Origin: Macrostomum lignano
Taxonomy: Eukaryota
Direction of reading: 5' to 3'
Length of the DNA: 64,000 nucleotides
Assembly: GCA_002269645.1 (NCBI GenBank)
Contig: NIVC01000102.1
Location: 910,951-974,950, forward strand
Made by a program: the position numbers and the translations under genes. The number at the start of each line of letters is the position of its first letter. Position 1 is the stretch's first letter. The notes beneath the pieces are model-generated. The model had not been told where the DNA came from. It saw nothing but the letters and a program-made list of their open reading frames with translations, and searched no databases. Shown piece by piece: positions 36,282 through 47,171 of the stretch.

Positions 36282-39208
36282 CTATCCAGCTCGCTCTTCA
36301 TAGCCAGAGTCCACAGCTTCAACCGTGCGATTAACAGATCTGGAAGCGTCGACGCACATCAAACAAGCCGGCACAATCATGGCCATCATGATGACCAGGA
36401 TAGCCACATAGGTCATGGTCGAGGCCAGCTCAGAGTCCTTTAGTGGCAGTGGCAAGTGGCAAGTGGCAAGCATGAACAGGAGTAAAAGGGCAAACACAAA
36501 CAATAAGCCCAAAATTTCAATCTTAGCAAAGAAATAAATCCCCAAAATGCTGCCCCGAATCCGACGGGCCGCTCGCTTCCGCATTGCTGCCTCAAGGAAC
36601 GCCTCAGACACCGCGCGGAATCCGCGGCGTCTCGACCGCTTTGCCAGCGAGATCAGCAGCGACAGGGAGAAACAGGTGAGCAACTTCACCAAGCTTGAAT
36701 TTGCTGCCGGTTCTTCATCAGCTCTCCCATCGAGACAGTCGGGATCTGCTACGGTAGAAGCCAGGGCTTGCACAGTCCTTTGTGAGCTTTTTTCAGCCAG
36801 TGATGGCTGTAAAGCATTGGGTAAATGATAGTTGCTAGGCTAGGTATTACAACACTCACACTCAATTTAAATTTTACCCGTTTTACAGCTGGGAGAACGG
36901 AAGCAATGCAAGAGTTTTAAGTGTCTTGCTCAAGGACACAGATTTTTTCCGATTGGGTCGAGAATCGAACCCCCGCCTCCGATCTTTCAATCGCGTACAA
37001 CCTCTTGCAAATGTATAGTTTCATAATCTTTATTTGGTTTGCTGTGACTATAGAGCAGATACTATCTCCTACACAAATACATCTTACCATGGGGTTCTGC
37101 CTACAACCAAATGTTCAATATAATAGTAAATACCATTCGAATTTCGTGGACCTTAGTGACAAGCCCAATGGGTTGATTTGTTGTCAACCTCTCTTAGCAA
37201 AGATGTTACTTTGATGTTACCTGCTACTCAAATTACAGAGATTTTTTAACTGGACCTGGTGGGTGGAGTCAAGGTACCTGTAAGTACAGAACTAACTGGC
37301 ACAAATTTTGAAATTTCCGCAAAACAGGATCACTTACCAATCGCTGCATCAGCTCTTCAGCCTTCTGTCTCGTCTCCTGATGGCCGCAAACTAATGTCCG
37401 ATGCTTGTGAATCAGTCGGACAAGAATTTCGTCATCATTGCAAAGTTCCAGCGTCACAAGCAGCTCCTGAACGTCAAGTCTGGCGCGTCGAAGGTTGTCT
37501 TCGAACCAAAGCTCCAAGTCGACGTCGTAGTCTAACCAGATGCTCAGGTTTTTGAGCAGCGCATCAAAGTTCACATAGTACCAGTCAAACTGACCAGAGC
37601 TCAGCGAGACAAAATCTTTTAACCTGTCTGGCAGGAAGTCGAAAGCCAAAGGCTTGTCAGATTGAATCAGGAGCTTCCAAATGGAGCTGACCCCTTCCAA
37701 GTGCTCCCACACCGCCAGTTCCGCATCTGCATCAGTCACTTGCTCACGCAAGCGGGGCAGAACTCGGCTAACCTGATGATATCGACACGAGTGCAGCACC
37801 CTTCGCGCTGCGTACAGCTTGCCGAACTTCAAGTAAATCAACGCAATCAGCGAATATTTTGCAGAGCGAGCGTACTCCGGAATTCTCCTCGCCAACTTCA
37901 GCATCTCGTGTTTGTCCTCCAGCAGGCAGCGTCCGAGATTGAGCTTCAATAAAATTGACCGGATCGCATCGTAGACGTCGTGGAACTGCAGCCTGGAAGA
38001 CAGCGGCACGGGCCTCGGGTTCAGGATTGGCAGCACCAGGAACGGGTGAAAATTAAAAATTTTGTCCTGCACTAAAGGCGACAGAACTCTTTCGTATTGC
38101 GAGACAATTTCTGGGAGATGATCGACTACGTTACGTACCGCGAGCGCAATGGCTTCCTTCTCATCGTGATGTTTCTTCAGATAAACCCAAGCGTCTTTGA
38201 GAAAGAAGTGTCTCATGCATTTACGCGGATCTGGTGTGTCTCTCAATGAGTTCAACAGCATGAGCAGTGCCCTTCTCGCTAACTGGATTAGAAGGCTACT
38301 GTGCCAGTCCACTGCGGGCGTTTCACCCAGCAGCTGGAAGATCAGAGTCTTGGCAATGTAGGTCTTCAGTCCACTCACGCGAGCTGCAATCACCTTCTTA
38401 ATGATGAACTTGATGAGCAGGAACACGTGTCCCTGTTCGATTGTGAGGCTTCTGAGCAGCCTTCGCTCCAGAAAGGTGGTGCTGACCCTCAGCTGTTGTC
38501 CGTCCTTGCCAGGTGGAGCCGCCGACACCAGGTGACAGGGAGACTCCAGCATCTCCTGCCTCAGGCTCTGCAGCACTGATGGAGCAATGCAAGTTTTGTA
38601 CCCTGGCTGCAGCACCTCGATTCTTGGATAGCAACAGCAGCGGAAGGTCCAAACCAGATCCACTGCCGGTCTCTCGTCAGATCCGGCCCACCGCTGCGAC
38701 GGATTTGAAGCTGCAGTGAAGGTTTTAGGCATTCGTTATGCAAACTCTCTGGCAACGCTAAACCGAAAATATTGTAAATTTGCTTACGCGATTCGCCCCA
38801 TTTGACGTGACCGTTCTCATACTCCACTTCAGCGTGACGTTCTCCAAAAAATGAACAGTTGATGCAGCTGCAGCTGCCTTTGATATGAAACAGCATGCCT
38901 ATCGCTATGAGGCAGACGTCGATGTCGGAGTCTGCGTCAGTTTGACCGTCCAGTCGAACCAGGCTGTTGGACCAGCCGTCACTGTAGCTCCCGACGATGT
39001 ACACTTGGTAGTCCTTGTACTCATCTGCGTCCAGTCGCTTTCTAACAATATGCTGCAAAGCATCCGAGCACGCAGATTGCAGCTTGACTCGGTTCAGAAC
39101 AAAACCGCAATCTTTCAGTGCTTTGTGCAGCTTAGTGCTGCTCTCTTGACACGCTGGGAAGCCGTCGTCTTCTGGTTCGACTTCGATTAGATGCTCGTCG
39201 TCGCGCAT
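36282..39208 (-). CDS. Mab-21/cGAS-like nucleotidyltransferase (cGLR) with C-terminal hydrophobic helices; exons 39208-38788, 38710-37338, 36806-36282; 772 aa
   Basis: The NTase motif is VGSYSDGWSNSL...DADSDIDV, with a third acidic position in PAVDLVWTF. The Mab-21 C-terminal lobe reads LRVSTTFLERRLL...FLLIKFIIKK...LKTYIAKTLIF...W...LLNSL...MRHFFL. Introns are GTAAGC..CAG (77 bp, phase 1) and GTAAGT..CAG (531 bp, phase 0). The total is 2319 nt, in frame. Confidence 0.88.
36880..37010 (-). mobile_element. Second, degenerate copy of the tRNA/CORE-like SINE, inside cGLR intron 2
   Basis: It shares TTTTACAGCTGGG...GAAGCAATGCA...TTAAGTG.CTTGC.CAAGGACAC...GAATCGAACCCC with 23950-24045. Confidence 0.65.
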
Positions 39209-39253
39209 GCTGTCAGCTTCCTGCTCGCTTCTGTGAAACAGGAAATCGGCATT

Positions 39254-40204
39254 TCAAAAATGATTAACATAAATTTGAGTCAAACAAGATTTACGAGCTC
39301 CCAACCTCTCATCGAATGCAGACGACCTGAGCGACAGTCTATGAGCTCGAGGTTCAATGATAAGACGATCATAAATCAGCTGCTGCAGCCGTCTATTTGC
39401 TCCTTCGTGCCGGATTCCGAGCTCTCTGGCGTGAGTCGCATGCTTGAGCAGCAGCTGCAAGACCTCGCGATGTCCGAAGCGACAGGCGATGGCAGCGGGG
39501 CTGAGCCCGTCTTTGTTGAGGTCGCCGAGCCCGCAGCCGAGCTGCAGCAGAGTCTGGGCAGCGGCCTCGTGCCCCATCGCTGCCGCAGCGTGCAGCGTCG
39601 TCGACCCGTCGCAGGCCAGCGAGTCGGCGGCGACTCCCGCCCGGACGAGCAGCTCAATGGCGGCCCGCTGGCCGTGGAGAGCCGCGGAGTGCAGCGGGGT
39701 CTGGCCACGCGCATTCCTGGCGCTCGGATCCGCGGCTGCCAGCAGCAGAGCAGCGAGCACGAGCTGCTGCCTGAGCTGAGCAGCCAGGTGCACCGGCGAG
39801 TCTCCGTCTGCGAGCTGCTGGTCGCAGTCGGCCTGCCGGCTCAGCAGCTGCACGACTTCGAGGTGGCCGTTTCGCGAGGCGAGGTGCAGCGCCGAGGAGC
39901 TGGACTTCGTCACCAGGCTGGTGTCGGCCTCGGACTCGAGCAGCAGCCGGACCGCATCCCGGTGACCGTGCATCGAGGCCAGGTGCAGAGCGGTCGCCCC
40001 GCTGCTGTCCTGAGCGTCCAGCTGAGCTCCGGCCTCGATGAGAAGCCTCGCCACCCTGGACTGGCCTCGCTCGGCTGCCCAGTGCAGCGCCGTCCGCTGC
40101 CGGTCGTCAGCGACGTCCGGACTGACGCTGCTCCGTAGAAACTGCCGCACCTTGCCGACTCTGCCGTCCATGGCGGCGCTCTTCAGCTCCGGGAGCAGGT
40201 TCAT
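39254..40204 (-). CDS. Ankyrin-repeat protein (about 8 repeats, 316 aa if standalone); possibly the first exon of the cGLR gene
   Basis: Repeats include TALHWAAERGQ, TALHLASMHGH, SALHLASRNGH, SPVHLAAQLRQ, TPLHSAALHGQ, TTLHAAAAMGH and SPAAIACRFGH. The first ATG is at 40204; the ORF track starts at a TTG. Confidence 0.9.
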   Translation of the reverse strand: MNLLPELKSAAMDGRVGKVRQFLRSSVSPDVADDRQRTALHWAAERGQSRVARLLIEAGAQLDAQDSSGATALHLASMHGHRDAVRLLLESEADTSLVTKSSSSALHLASRNGHLEVVQLLSRQADCDQQLADGDSPVHLAAQLRQQLVLAALLLAAADPSARNARGQTPLHSAALHGQRAAIELLVRAGVAADSLACDGSTTLHAAAAMGHEAAAQTLLQLGCGLGDLNKDGLSPAAIACRFGHREVLQLLLKHATHARELGIRHEGANRRLQQLIYDRLIIEPRAHRLSLRSSAFDERLGARKSCLTQIYVNHF

Positions 40205-40957
40205 TTCTCTGGCAATGCCGAGCCTTACCAACCTCGGGCTGACAGTTATTCGTCTTTCACTTTAAGAAAGCTAGAAAAAGTTCTTCAGAACAAAACTTTG
40301 AACATTGTATATTCACGCATTAGGAATGACACAGTGGCAGAACGTTTGAAAGCGCTATGTTCGTTGAGATAAGAAAATTGATAAGACCATTGCAGTGCAA
40401 GGCGTCAGAGCAGCCCGCGGTGCGCGGATGTCACAGATTTATCACAGGTTGACAGCCACGTGGGATCCTCGTGAAAATAAGGTTTAACGATGAATTAATT
40501 AGTTTAAACGATGCAAGTTAGCCCAGCTAATGAAATTTTAAGCGCTTGCTATTTCCGGTGTCATTGTGCAGCATGCAGGGCCTGTGTATTGCAGCCCAGG
40601 ACTATCGCATCATCGAATGCTATGTGCTGTGTGCGAAGGCGCCAATGGGATAGCCGGGGCATCTCAGCAACTTCCAATTTAGCCTTGGAATCTTTGAAAT
40701 ACCCTACGTTGAGATGCGAACAGAATCTTTGAATAAAGTATTTTAAGACATTAGTGTTTTATTTTGCACACGTGTACAGAAAATTATTTAGTTTAAACAA
40801 AAAGCACAGAAAAGTTATGCTAATTAAACTTTAAGGGCATGTGTACTTTTAAATTGAAGTTGCAAGCATTATTATTCGGCCTCAAAAATAATTATTTTAT
40901 CAATAAAATTTTGCTTTCTGTAAATAAATTTAAAAATTCCAACAGTACGCTAGTATC

Positions 40958-41593
40958 CTACTCATAGTAGAGTGCATGAAGAGTAGCGTGGCCTCTGGCC
41001 GTTGGCCCCGCCACCTCCGCCTCGATGCAATTGTCGGCGCATTCGCCAGGCGACCAGAGCGCTCTGCTGGCAAGACAGGCTCCGCCGGCATCGCCCGGGT
41101 TCTTCGGGCACTGCAGCAGCAGGACGAACACGACGAACTTGTACCGCTCAAAGCCGGCCTCCTTCACTCGGTTCCGGATCATCTGGGAGATGTCGCAGGC
41201 TCTGCGGCCGGCGGTTGCGGGGTCGTACTGGTAGCTGGCCAGGGCCTCCGTCAGGGTGTCGGTCAGAATCGGCTTGAGTCGGAAGCCGCGGAGGCGCTCC
41301 TCCTGTTTGGGCTGCATCCGGTAGGTGTTTTCCAGGCGGATTTCCTGCGCCTTGCTCCGACGGCTATTGGCAAGGTTGCCCAGCGACATCAGGGCGGTCC
41401 GGCCCAGCAGGCCGCCAACAATCGAGCGCCGAGGTCCGAGAGCTCCGGACGTCATGGTTCCGCGACGTCCGGTGACCGGCGGCTGCGAGTTTGACGACGC
41501 CGTGGCAGCGGAAGGCTTCCCGGTGCCCACAGAACCGACTGTCTGCATTGGTGGCAGGGTGTCCTCGTTGCTCTCCGGCTCGCGGTCTGCCAT
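40958..41593 (-). CDS. Tctex1-domain dynein light chain (TCTEX1D1/DYNLT5-like), single exon, 211 aa
   Basis: It reads LENTYRMQP...L...L.SYQYDP...ACDISQMIRNRVKE.GFERYKFVVFV...SRALWS...DN...A..HALYYE, which is the Tctex-1 fold with a low-complexity N-terminal extension. Confidence 0.9.
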   Translation of the reverse strand: MADREPESNEDTLPPMQTVGSVGTGKPSAATASSNSQPPVTGRRGTMTSGALGPRRSIVGGLLGRTALMSLGNLANSRRSKAQEIRLENTYRMQPKQEERLRGFRLKPILTDTLTEALASYQYDPATAGRRACDISQMIRNRVKEAGFERYKFVVFVLLLQCPKNPGDAGGACLASRALWSPGECADNCIEAEVAGPTARGHATLHALYYE

Positions 41594-42944
41594 GGCTCAC
41601 TGTGTCTGGTCTGTCGGTCTGGGGAAAAAGAGTTGTGGGCAGTCTGCATAGCGGTAACATCCTCCACGATCCCATAACCAGCGCTGGGGCGTCAATTCTG
41701 CTCATTCCGTTGACTTCCACGGACCTTGTAACTTTTTAATCGTCAGGCATGTGCTTTGGGGCTGGTCCTCACGGGTGTGAATGGCATGACCACCCACCGG
41801 GATGCCATTTTTGTGTTACAATTCAATCCTCAAATGAAGAGAGCTTTGCTGCACGGAATCAATCCATGGGGTCGCTTTGTCCCATTTAGTGCTATTCATG
41901 TCTTTTGGGCCCTAATTTGTAGATGCCACTGACAAAACTGCTTGAAGCTCTTTGAAATTCCATTCTGATTGATTTTGTTCGCACGTGCAGTCACTAAAAA
42001 AATCTTTGCCTCGAATATTCCTGGACTTACCTTTAAACTTAGATGCCTTTGTGTCTTGCCTTCTCCGAAATTGTGGTAAGCAACTGGCTTGCCGTAAATT
42101 TTTTGTTGCTTATCTGCTTAAAAGCAGAAACAGAACGCAGTAGAATTTATCGTGTTGAAATGATGTGGAGGGAGACAAGAGCACTGCCTAGCAACTGCCG
42201 GCTGCTGTGTCCCTGCCCCTGCATCTTTCAGAGACTCATCCAGAGAGTTGATATAGTTTGCTCTCAGCGGGAGAGCGCGAACCTGTGCCTCCCCAGAGCA
42301 GTTTAACTACAAGGGAAGATATTCATCATGTCTAATCGTGAGTAGAGAGCAGTATGAGCTCAGCTATCATTAGTAAGTGTCAGTACTGCATTGCACATTC
42401 AGGTTAACTAAGAGCCTGAGAAGCAGATCACCTGCTGAGATGTTTCCTTAAGAGTCTCTTAAGCATCGCAGTTTTTCTTACCAGTTCTTCAAGTAACTAA
42501 CAATCTGCTTGTCCCTGCAATCTACAGAAACAAAGAACTTGCGAACTACTCTACTCGTAGCTTTATTAAGTAGCATTTACAGCGTTTTCTCTCGCGTAGT
42601 AAGAGAAAATCTAAAATTCTACGTGCGTGAAGCTGAAATGTACATTGAAACTGGGGAGAGGTTAGCAGCTGCGTCAGCTAGAGGTCTGGCCTGGCCCTCT
42701 CTCTCTCTCCCCCATTCTTTCCACCTGCTGCCCCGAAACTTGTACAGTGCATAGTAATCGGAGAGTACAGACTGCCAAGTGTACTGCAGTGTCGGCCTCA
42801 CTTTGGTAAGCCTTCCTCTTGCTCAGACCGTTACCAGTGACAACAAATTCAAATTCCACCGACCGACCCAAGCTAACTTAATATCGCCTTGCTCCTTAAT
42901 GCATTGAATTCTCTGAATTTGCTCACCTCAACTCCCTGACAGAG

Positions 42945-44520
42945 ATGAACCGAAATCAAGCAGCCAGCAGGATCCAGCGAGCCTGGCTTGGCTACAAAAA
43001 CCGGCAGGTGTTTCGCTTGCTCAAATGCACCGTCGCGGCTGCCGAGCACTCCCTGACTCACGAGATTCTCAGAAAACTCGCCCCGAAAGAGGCCGATTTC
43101 TTTAGCAAAGATCAAAACCTTTTGCAGTTGAAGATTCGATTCAGATTCGGTGGCACCGAATTTCCGCCAAGGATATTGTACAAGATCTACCTGGACACCG
43201 GCTGTCGGGTGAAGTACGTCACTGGCAAGGGCACGATTCGGGCAGAGACCGATGCGGCTGCTCAGTCTGCCAAGCTGATGGGCAACAGAAAGTACTATGA
43301 TCTGATGCTGCAGGACGAGTTGATGAGACTGCAGCATCAAGTGGCTGATGAGACTGACGTTGTCACTGTGAAGGACTTCATGAGACTGTTGGCTGTCACG
43401 GATGAGACCGGAGCTGACATGGGAGGAAAGGTAAGTGATGCGTTCTCAAGACAGTCCATTGTGAAAGGAGTGATTGGTATGATATTGTAGACGGATTGTA
43501 GTATTGTAGTCAGATGTGTCTCAAATTTGGTCAGATGTGTCTTTAAATTGGTCAGATCTGTCTTTAAATTGGTCAGATGTGTCTTTAAATTGGTCAGATG
43601 AGTATTTAATTTGGTCAGATGTGTCTTTAAATTGGTCAAACGTGTCTTAAATTGGTCAGATGTGTCTCTAAATTGAACAGATGTGTCTTAAACTGGTCAG
43701 ATGTGTCTTTAATTTGGTCAGATGTGTCTTCAGTTGTTCAGATGTGTCTTCAGTTGGTCTGATGTGTCTTCAGTTGGTCTGATGTGTCTTCAGTTGGTCT
43801 GATGTGTCATCAGTTGGTCAGATGTGTCTTCAGTTGGTCTGATGTGTCATCAGTTGGTCTGATGTGTCATCAGTTGGTCAGATGTGTCATCAGTTGGTCA
43901 GATGTGTCATTCATTCGGCAGATCCCCCCTCCCCGCAGGCCAACACCTGGCGCCAGCTGACAAGTCAGGCGGCACCGCGGCACACGGTCTTCCGAGACGT
44001 CTTCGACTTTTTGGCCACTCGTCGAATGACGCAGCGACTTCAACGTCATCTGCCGCTGCTGACCGCCCTGCCGTCCAGTCAGGAGGTTCGCAGGGAGCAG
44101 CTGCGGGTCCTGGCTGAGGTCGAGGCTCCGAGGCTGACTGCGGAGGACCGGCAGCGGATGGCGGCTCGCAAGCAGAAATGGCAGGCAGCCGAAGGCGGTG
44201 GCATGGCGGGCGGCACCAGCCGCAGGTCCAGCAGGGCGGTGTCCCGCGCCAACAAGATGCGAGATTTGTACCTGCTCAGCGGCAGCGACTCCAGCCAACC
44301 TGCTGGTGACAATCATCGCCATGACAACAACAACTATGATGAGGACAGCTGGCTCAGGCGGGATGGACCCGGGGGCGAAGTTCGCGGCGAAGAAGGCCGC
44401 GAGAGCCTGTTTGAGGACGATGGAGATGAGGAGGAATGGGATGAAGCTGAGGCTGAGATGCTGTACGAGTGGACCAAGGAGCTCACGGAGGGTGAACTGG
44501 GCTCGCCCAGGCTTGCCTGA
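42945..44520 (+). CDS. CXorf58: CXorf58-like protein (C11orf65/MFI-related family) with an N-terminal IQ-like motif; exons 42945-43430 and 43939-44520
   Basis: The motifs AASRIQRAW, FRLLK..V.AAE..LTHEIL, KIRFRFGG.EFPP.I.YKI, AKLMG.RK and DVVT.KD...GGK|ANTWR match CXorf58 as recalled. The intron is GTAAGT..CAG, phase 0. Non-coding 5' exons may exist (donors near 42076 and 42807). Confidence 0.8.
43510..43905. repeat. About 20-bp intronic minisatellite (TTGGTCAGATGTGTCTTCAG)n
   Basis: Directly visible. Confidence 0.9.
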
Positions 44521-44699
44521 CTGAGAGTTAATAACTAGAAGAGCCACTCGATAAGTTGCATTTATTGGTTTATATTTGATTGACACTCTTCAGTGTAGCC
44601 GAAGGTACATGCTTTTTATTAACTCGAATATATCAATAAGAATTTTTTGTGCATGTTTTTTGCGTAAAATATGCATAAGCTGCAGAAAATATGTTCTGC

Positions 44700-45545
44700 A
44701 GTTGGTCAGGTTGGTCAGGAATTAGTGGGGTCGGTCAGAATTTGGTCAGATGAGTCAAGATTTCGTCAGATAAGTCATAAGTTTATCGGATAGGTCAGGA
44801 GTTGTTGGTCAGAAAGGTCAGTCAGGAGTTGGTCAGAAAGGTCAGTCAGGAGTTGGTCAGAGAGGTCAGTCAGGAGTTGGTCAGATAGGTCAGTCAGGAG
44901 TTGGTCAGAAAGGTCAGTCAGGAGTTGGTCAAATACGCACGTAGAATACTGAAAATATAAAAATCAAAGATAGGTCAGTCAGGAGTTGGTCAGTTAGGTC
45001 AGTCAGGAATTAGTCAGAGAGGTCAGTCAGGAGTTGGTCAGATAGGTCAGTCAGGAGTTGGTCAGAAAGGTCAGTCAGGAGTTGGTCAGATAGGTCAGTC
45101 AGGAGTTGGTCAGATAGGTCAGTCAGGAGTTGGTCAGATAGGTCAGTCAGGAGTTGGTCAGATAGGTCAGTCAGGAGTTGGTCAGAAAGGTCAGTCAGGA
45201 GTTGGTCAGAGAGGTCAGTCAGGAGTTGGTCAGATAGGTCAGTCAGGAGTTGATCAGATAGGTCAGTCAGGAGTTGATCAGATAGGTCAGTCAGGAGTTG
45301 GTCAGAAAGGTCAGTCAGGAGTTGGTCAGAAAGGTCAGTCAGGAGTTGGTCAGAGAGGTCAGTCAGGAGTTGGTCAGAGAGGTCAGTCAGGAGTTGGTCA
45401 GATAGGTCAGTCAGGAGTTGGTCAGAAAGGTCAGTCAGGAGTTGGTCAGATAGGTCAGTCAGGAGTTGGTCAGATAGGTCAGTCAGGAGTTGGTCAAAGA
45501 GGTCAGTCAGGAGTTGGTCAGATAGGTCAGTCAGGAGTTGGTTAA
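44700..45545. repeat. 24-bp minisatellite (GGTCAGTCAGGAGTTGGTCAGATA)n
   Basis: Directly visible; translates as LLTDLSDQ repeats on the minus strand. Confidence 0.95.
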
Positions 45546-45984
45546 ATACGCTCGTAGAATACTGAAAAATTAAAATGAAAGAATATAATTTAGAGTGTTT
45601 ATTAGTAGTATATCCACGGAGATTATACTCGTACGTTAGTAAATTCAATCGAAGAAAATATTTTACACGAATTTTAATGCTTTCTTCAAAAGTTGTTTTG
45701 TTTAATTGTAACCAATAACCCAACCTGCCTTCTCGTTCTACTGCTGACAAACAAATCGACATGAAGTCAATATTTTATAATTTTTGTAAATTTAATGCTC
45801 GTTTGTTTTGGTGTTTCTACAAGTAGACATTTCTGTGATATGGCATCCCAGTATTTGACTCTGTTGACGGCAAAAAACTGTAATGATCAAAAGAATAAAC
45901 TACAGACGATTTTTAAATTATAAAATTTTGGCCATTTATTAAATTTAGCCATTTGACAACATATCTCCTGGTTTTATTCGACAT

Positions 45985-46530
45985 TCATGTCGTAACAGAC
46001 ACTGTAACAGACACTAACAGACACTGTAACAGACACTGTAACAGACACTGCAACAGACACTGTAACAGACACTGTAGCAGACACTGTAACAGACACTGTA
46101 ACAGACACTGTAACAGACACTGTAACAGACACTGTAACAGACACTGTAACAGACACTGTAACAGACACTGTAACAGACACTGTAACAGACACTGTAATAG
46201 ACACTGTAGCAGACACTGTAGCAGACACTGTAGCAGACACTGTAACAGACACTGTAACAGACACTGTAACAGACACTGTAATAGACACTGTAGCAGACAC
46301 TGTAGCAGACACTGTAACAGACACTGTAACAGACACTGTAACAGACACTGTAATAGACACTGTAGCAGACACTGTAGCAGACACTGTAACAGACACTGTA
46401 ACAGACACTGTAAAACCCACTGTAACAGACACTGTAACACACACTGTAACACACAGACACTGTAACAGACACTGTAACAGACACTGTAACAGACACTGTA
46501 ACAGACACTGTAACACACAGACACTGTAAT
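45985..46530. repeat. 12-bp minisatellite (ACAGACACTGTA)n
   Basis: Directly visible. Confidence 0.95.
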
Positions 46531-47171
46531 GAATGCCATACAGACACTATCGGATCTGTAAAACTTTTTGCTTTCAGTCTTGTCTTTTAATTGTAAATTG
46601 TGATAGTGAATGAAACTAATTTTTCACCTTGATAAAGATACAGACAACTTGACCCGATTCAACTTAGAGCTGAAGTCTGAATTTTATTAACTGCATGCAT
46701 AAACAGTATCAAGAAGAGAGTGTGTGTGAGTAATCGAGTGAGCATATTTAGGGCTTATTTGCTGAATTGCAGAGAGCTACATTTAGACCAGCGATTACAG
46801 CTAATGCCATGTGCGCACAGAACTGCGTAGCCCCCCCCCCACCCAGTTACAAGCAGGGGTCAGAGAGTGAGTGGGTCTCGTAGCTGGTGGGTTTTGGTCC
46901 GGCTTTCGGACAGCAGAGCTAAACTGAGCAGAGAGAAAAGACTTGAAAAAAATTGCTGGAGGTAAGAAAGGAAGAGAAAAGCAGATCTTGGCATTTCTAA
47001 TTCAAATAGTAGCCGCACAGAGCGCAGGTTAATATTGTTAGTAGAACACCACCCAGCCCTTAAATTTTCTATTTCTACTCAGCTTAGCCCAGGTTGGCAA
47101 GTTCGGAATCCTCTGCTGCATTCTTCAAATATTCTTGTGGAAAAAAATAAAGAAATCAGACAGCACTCAAG

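Noticed and set aside
39191-40138. 315-aa plus-strand ORF
   Set aside because: It is the antisense shadow of the GC-rich ankyrin ORF. The same applies to the plus-strand ORFs over the Tctex1 gene and the 1265-2287 exon.
45010-46547. [12 protein letters not shown] and VTVS repeat ORFs
   Set aside because: They are simple translations of the 24-bp and 12-bp arrays.
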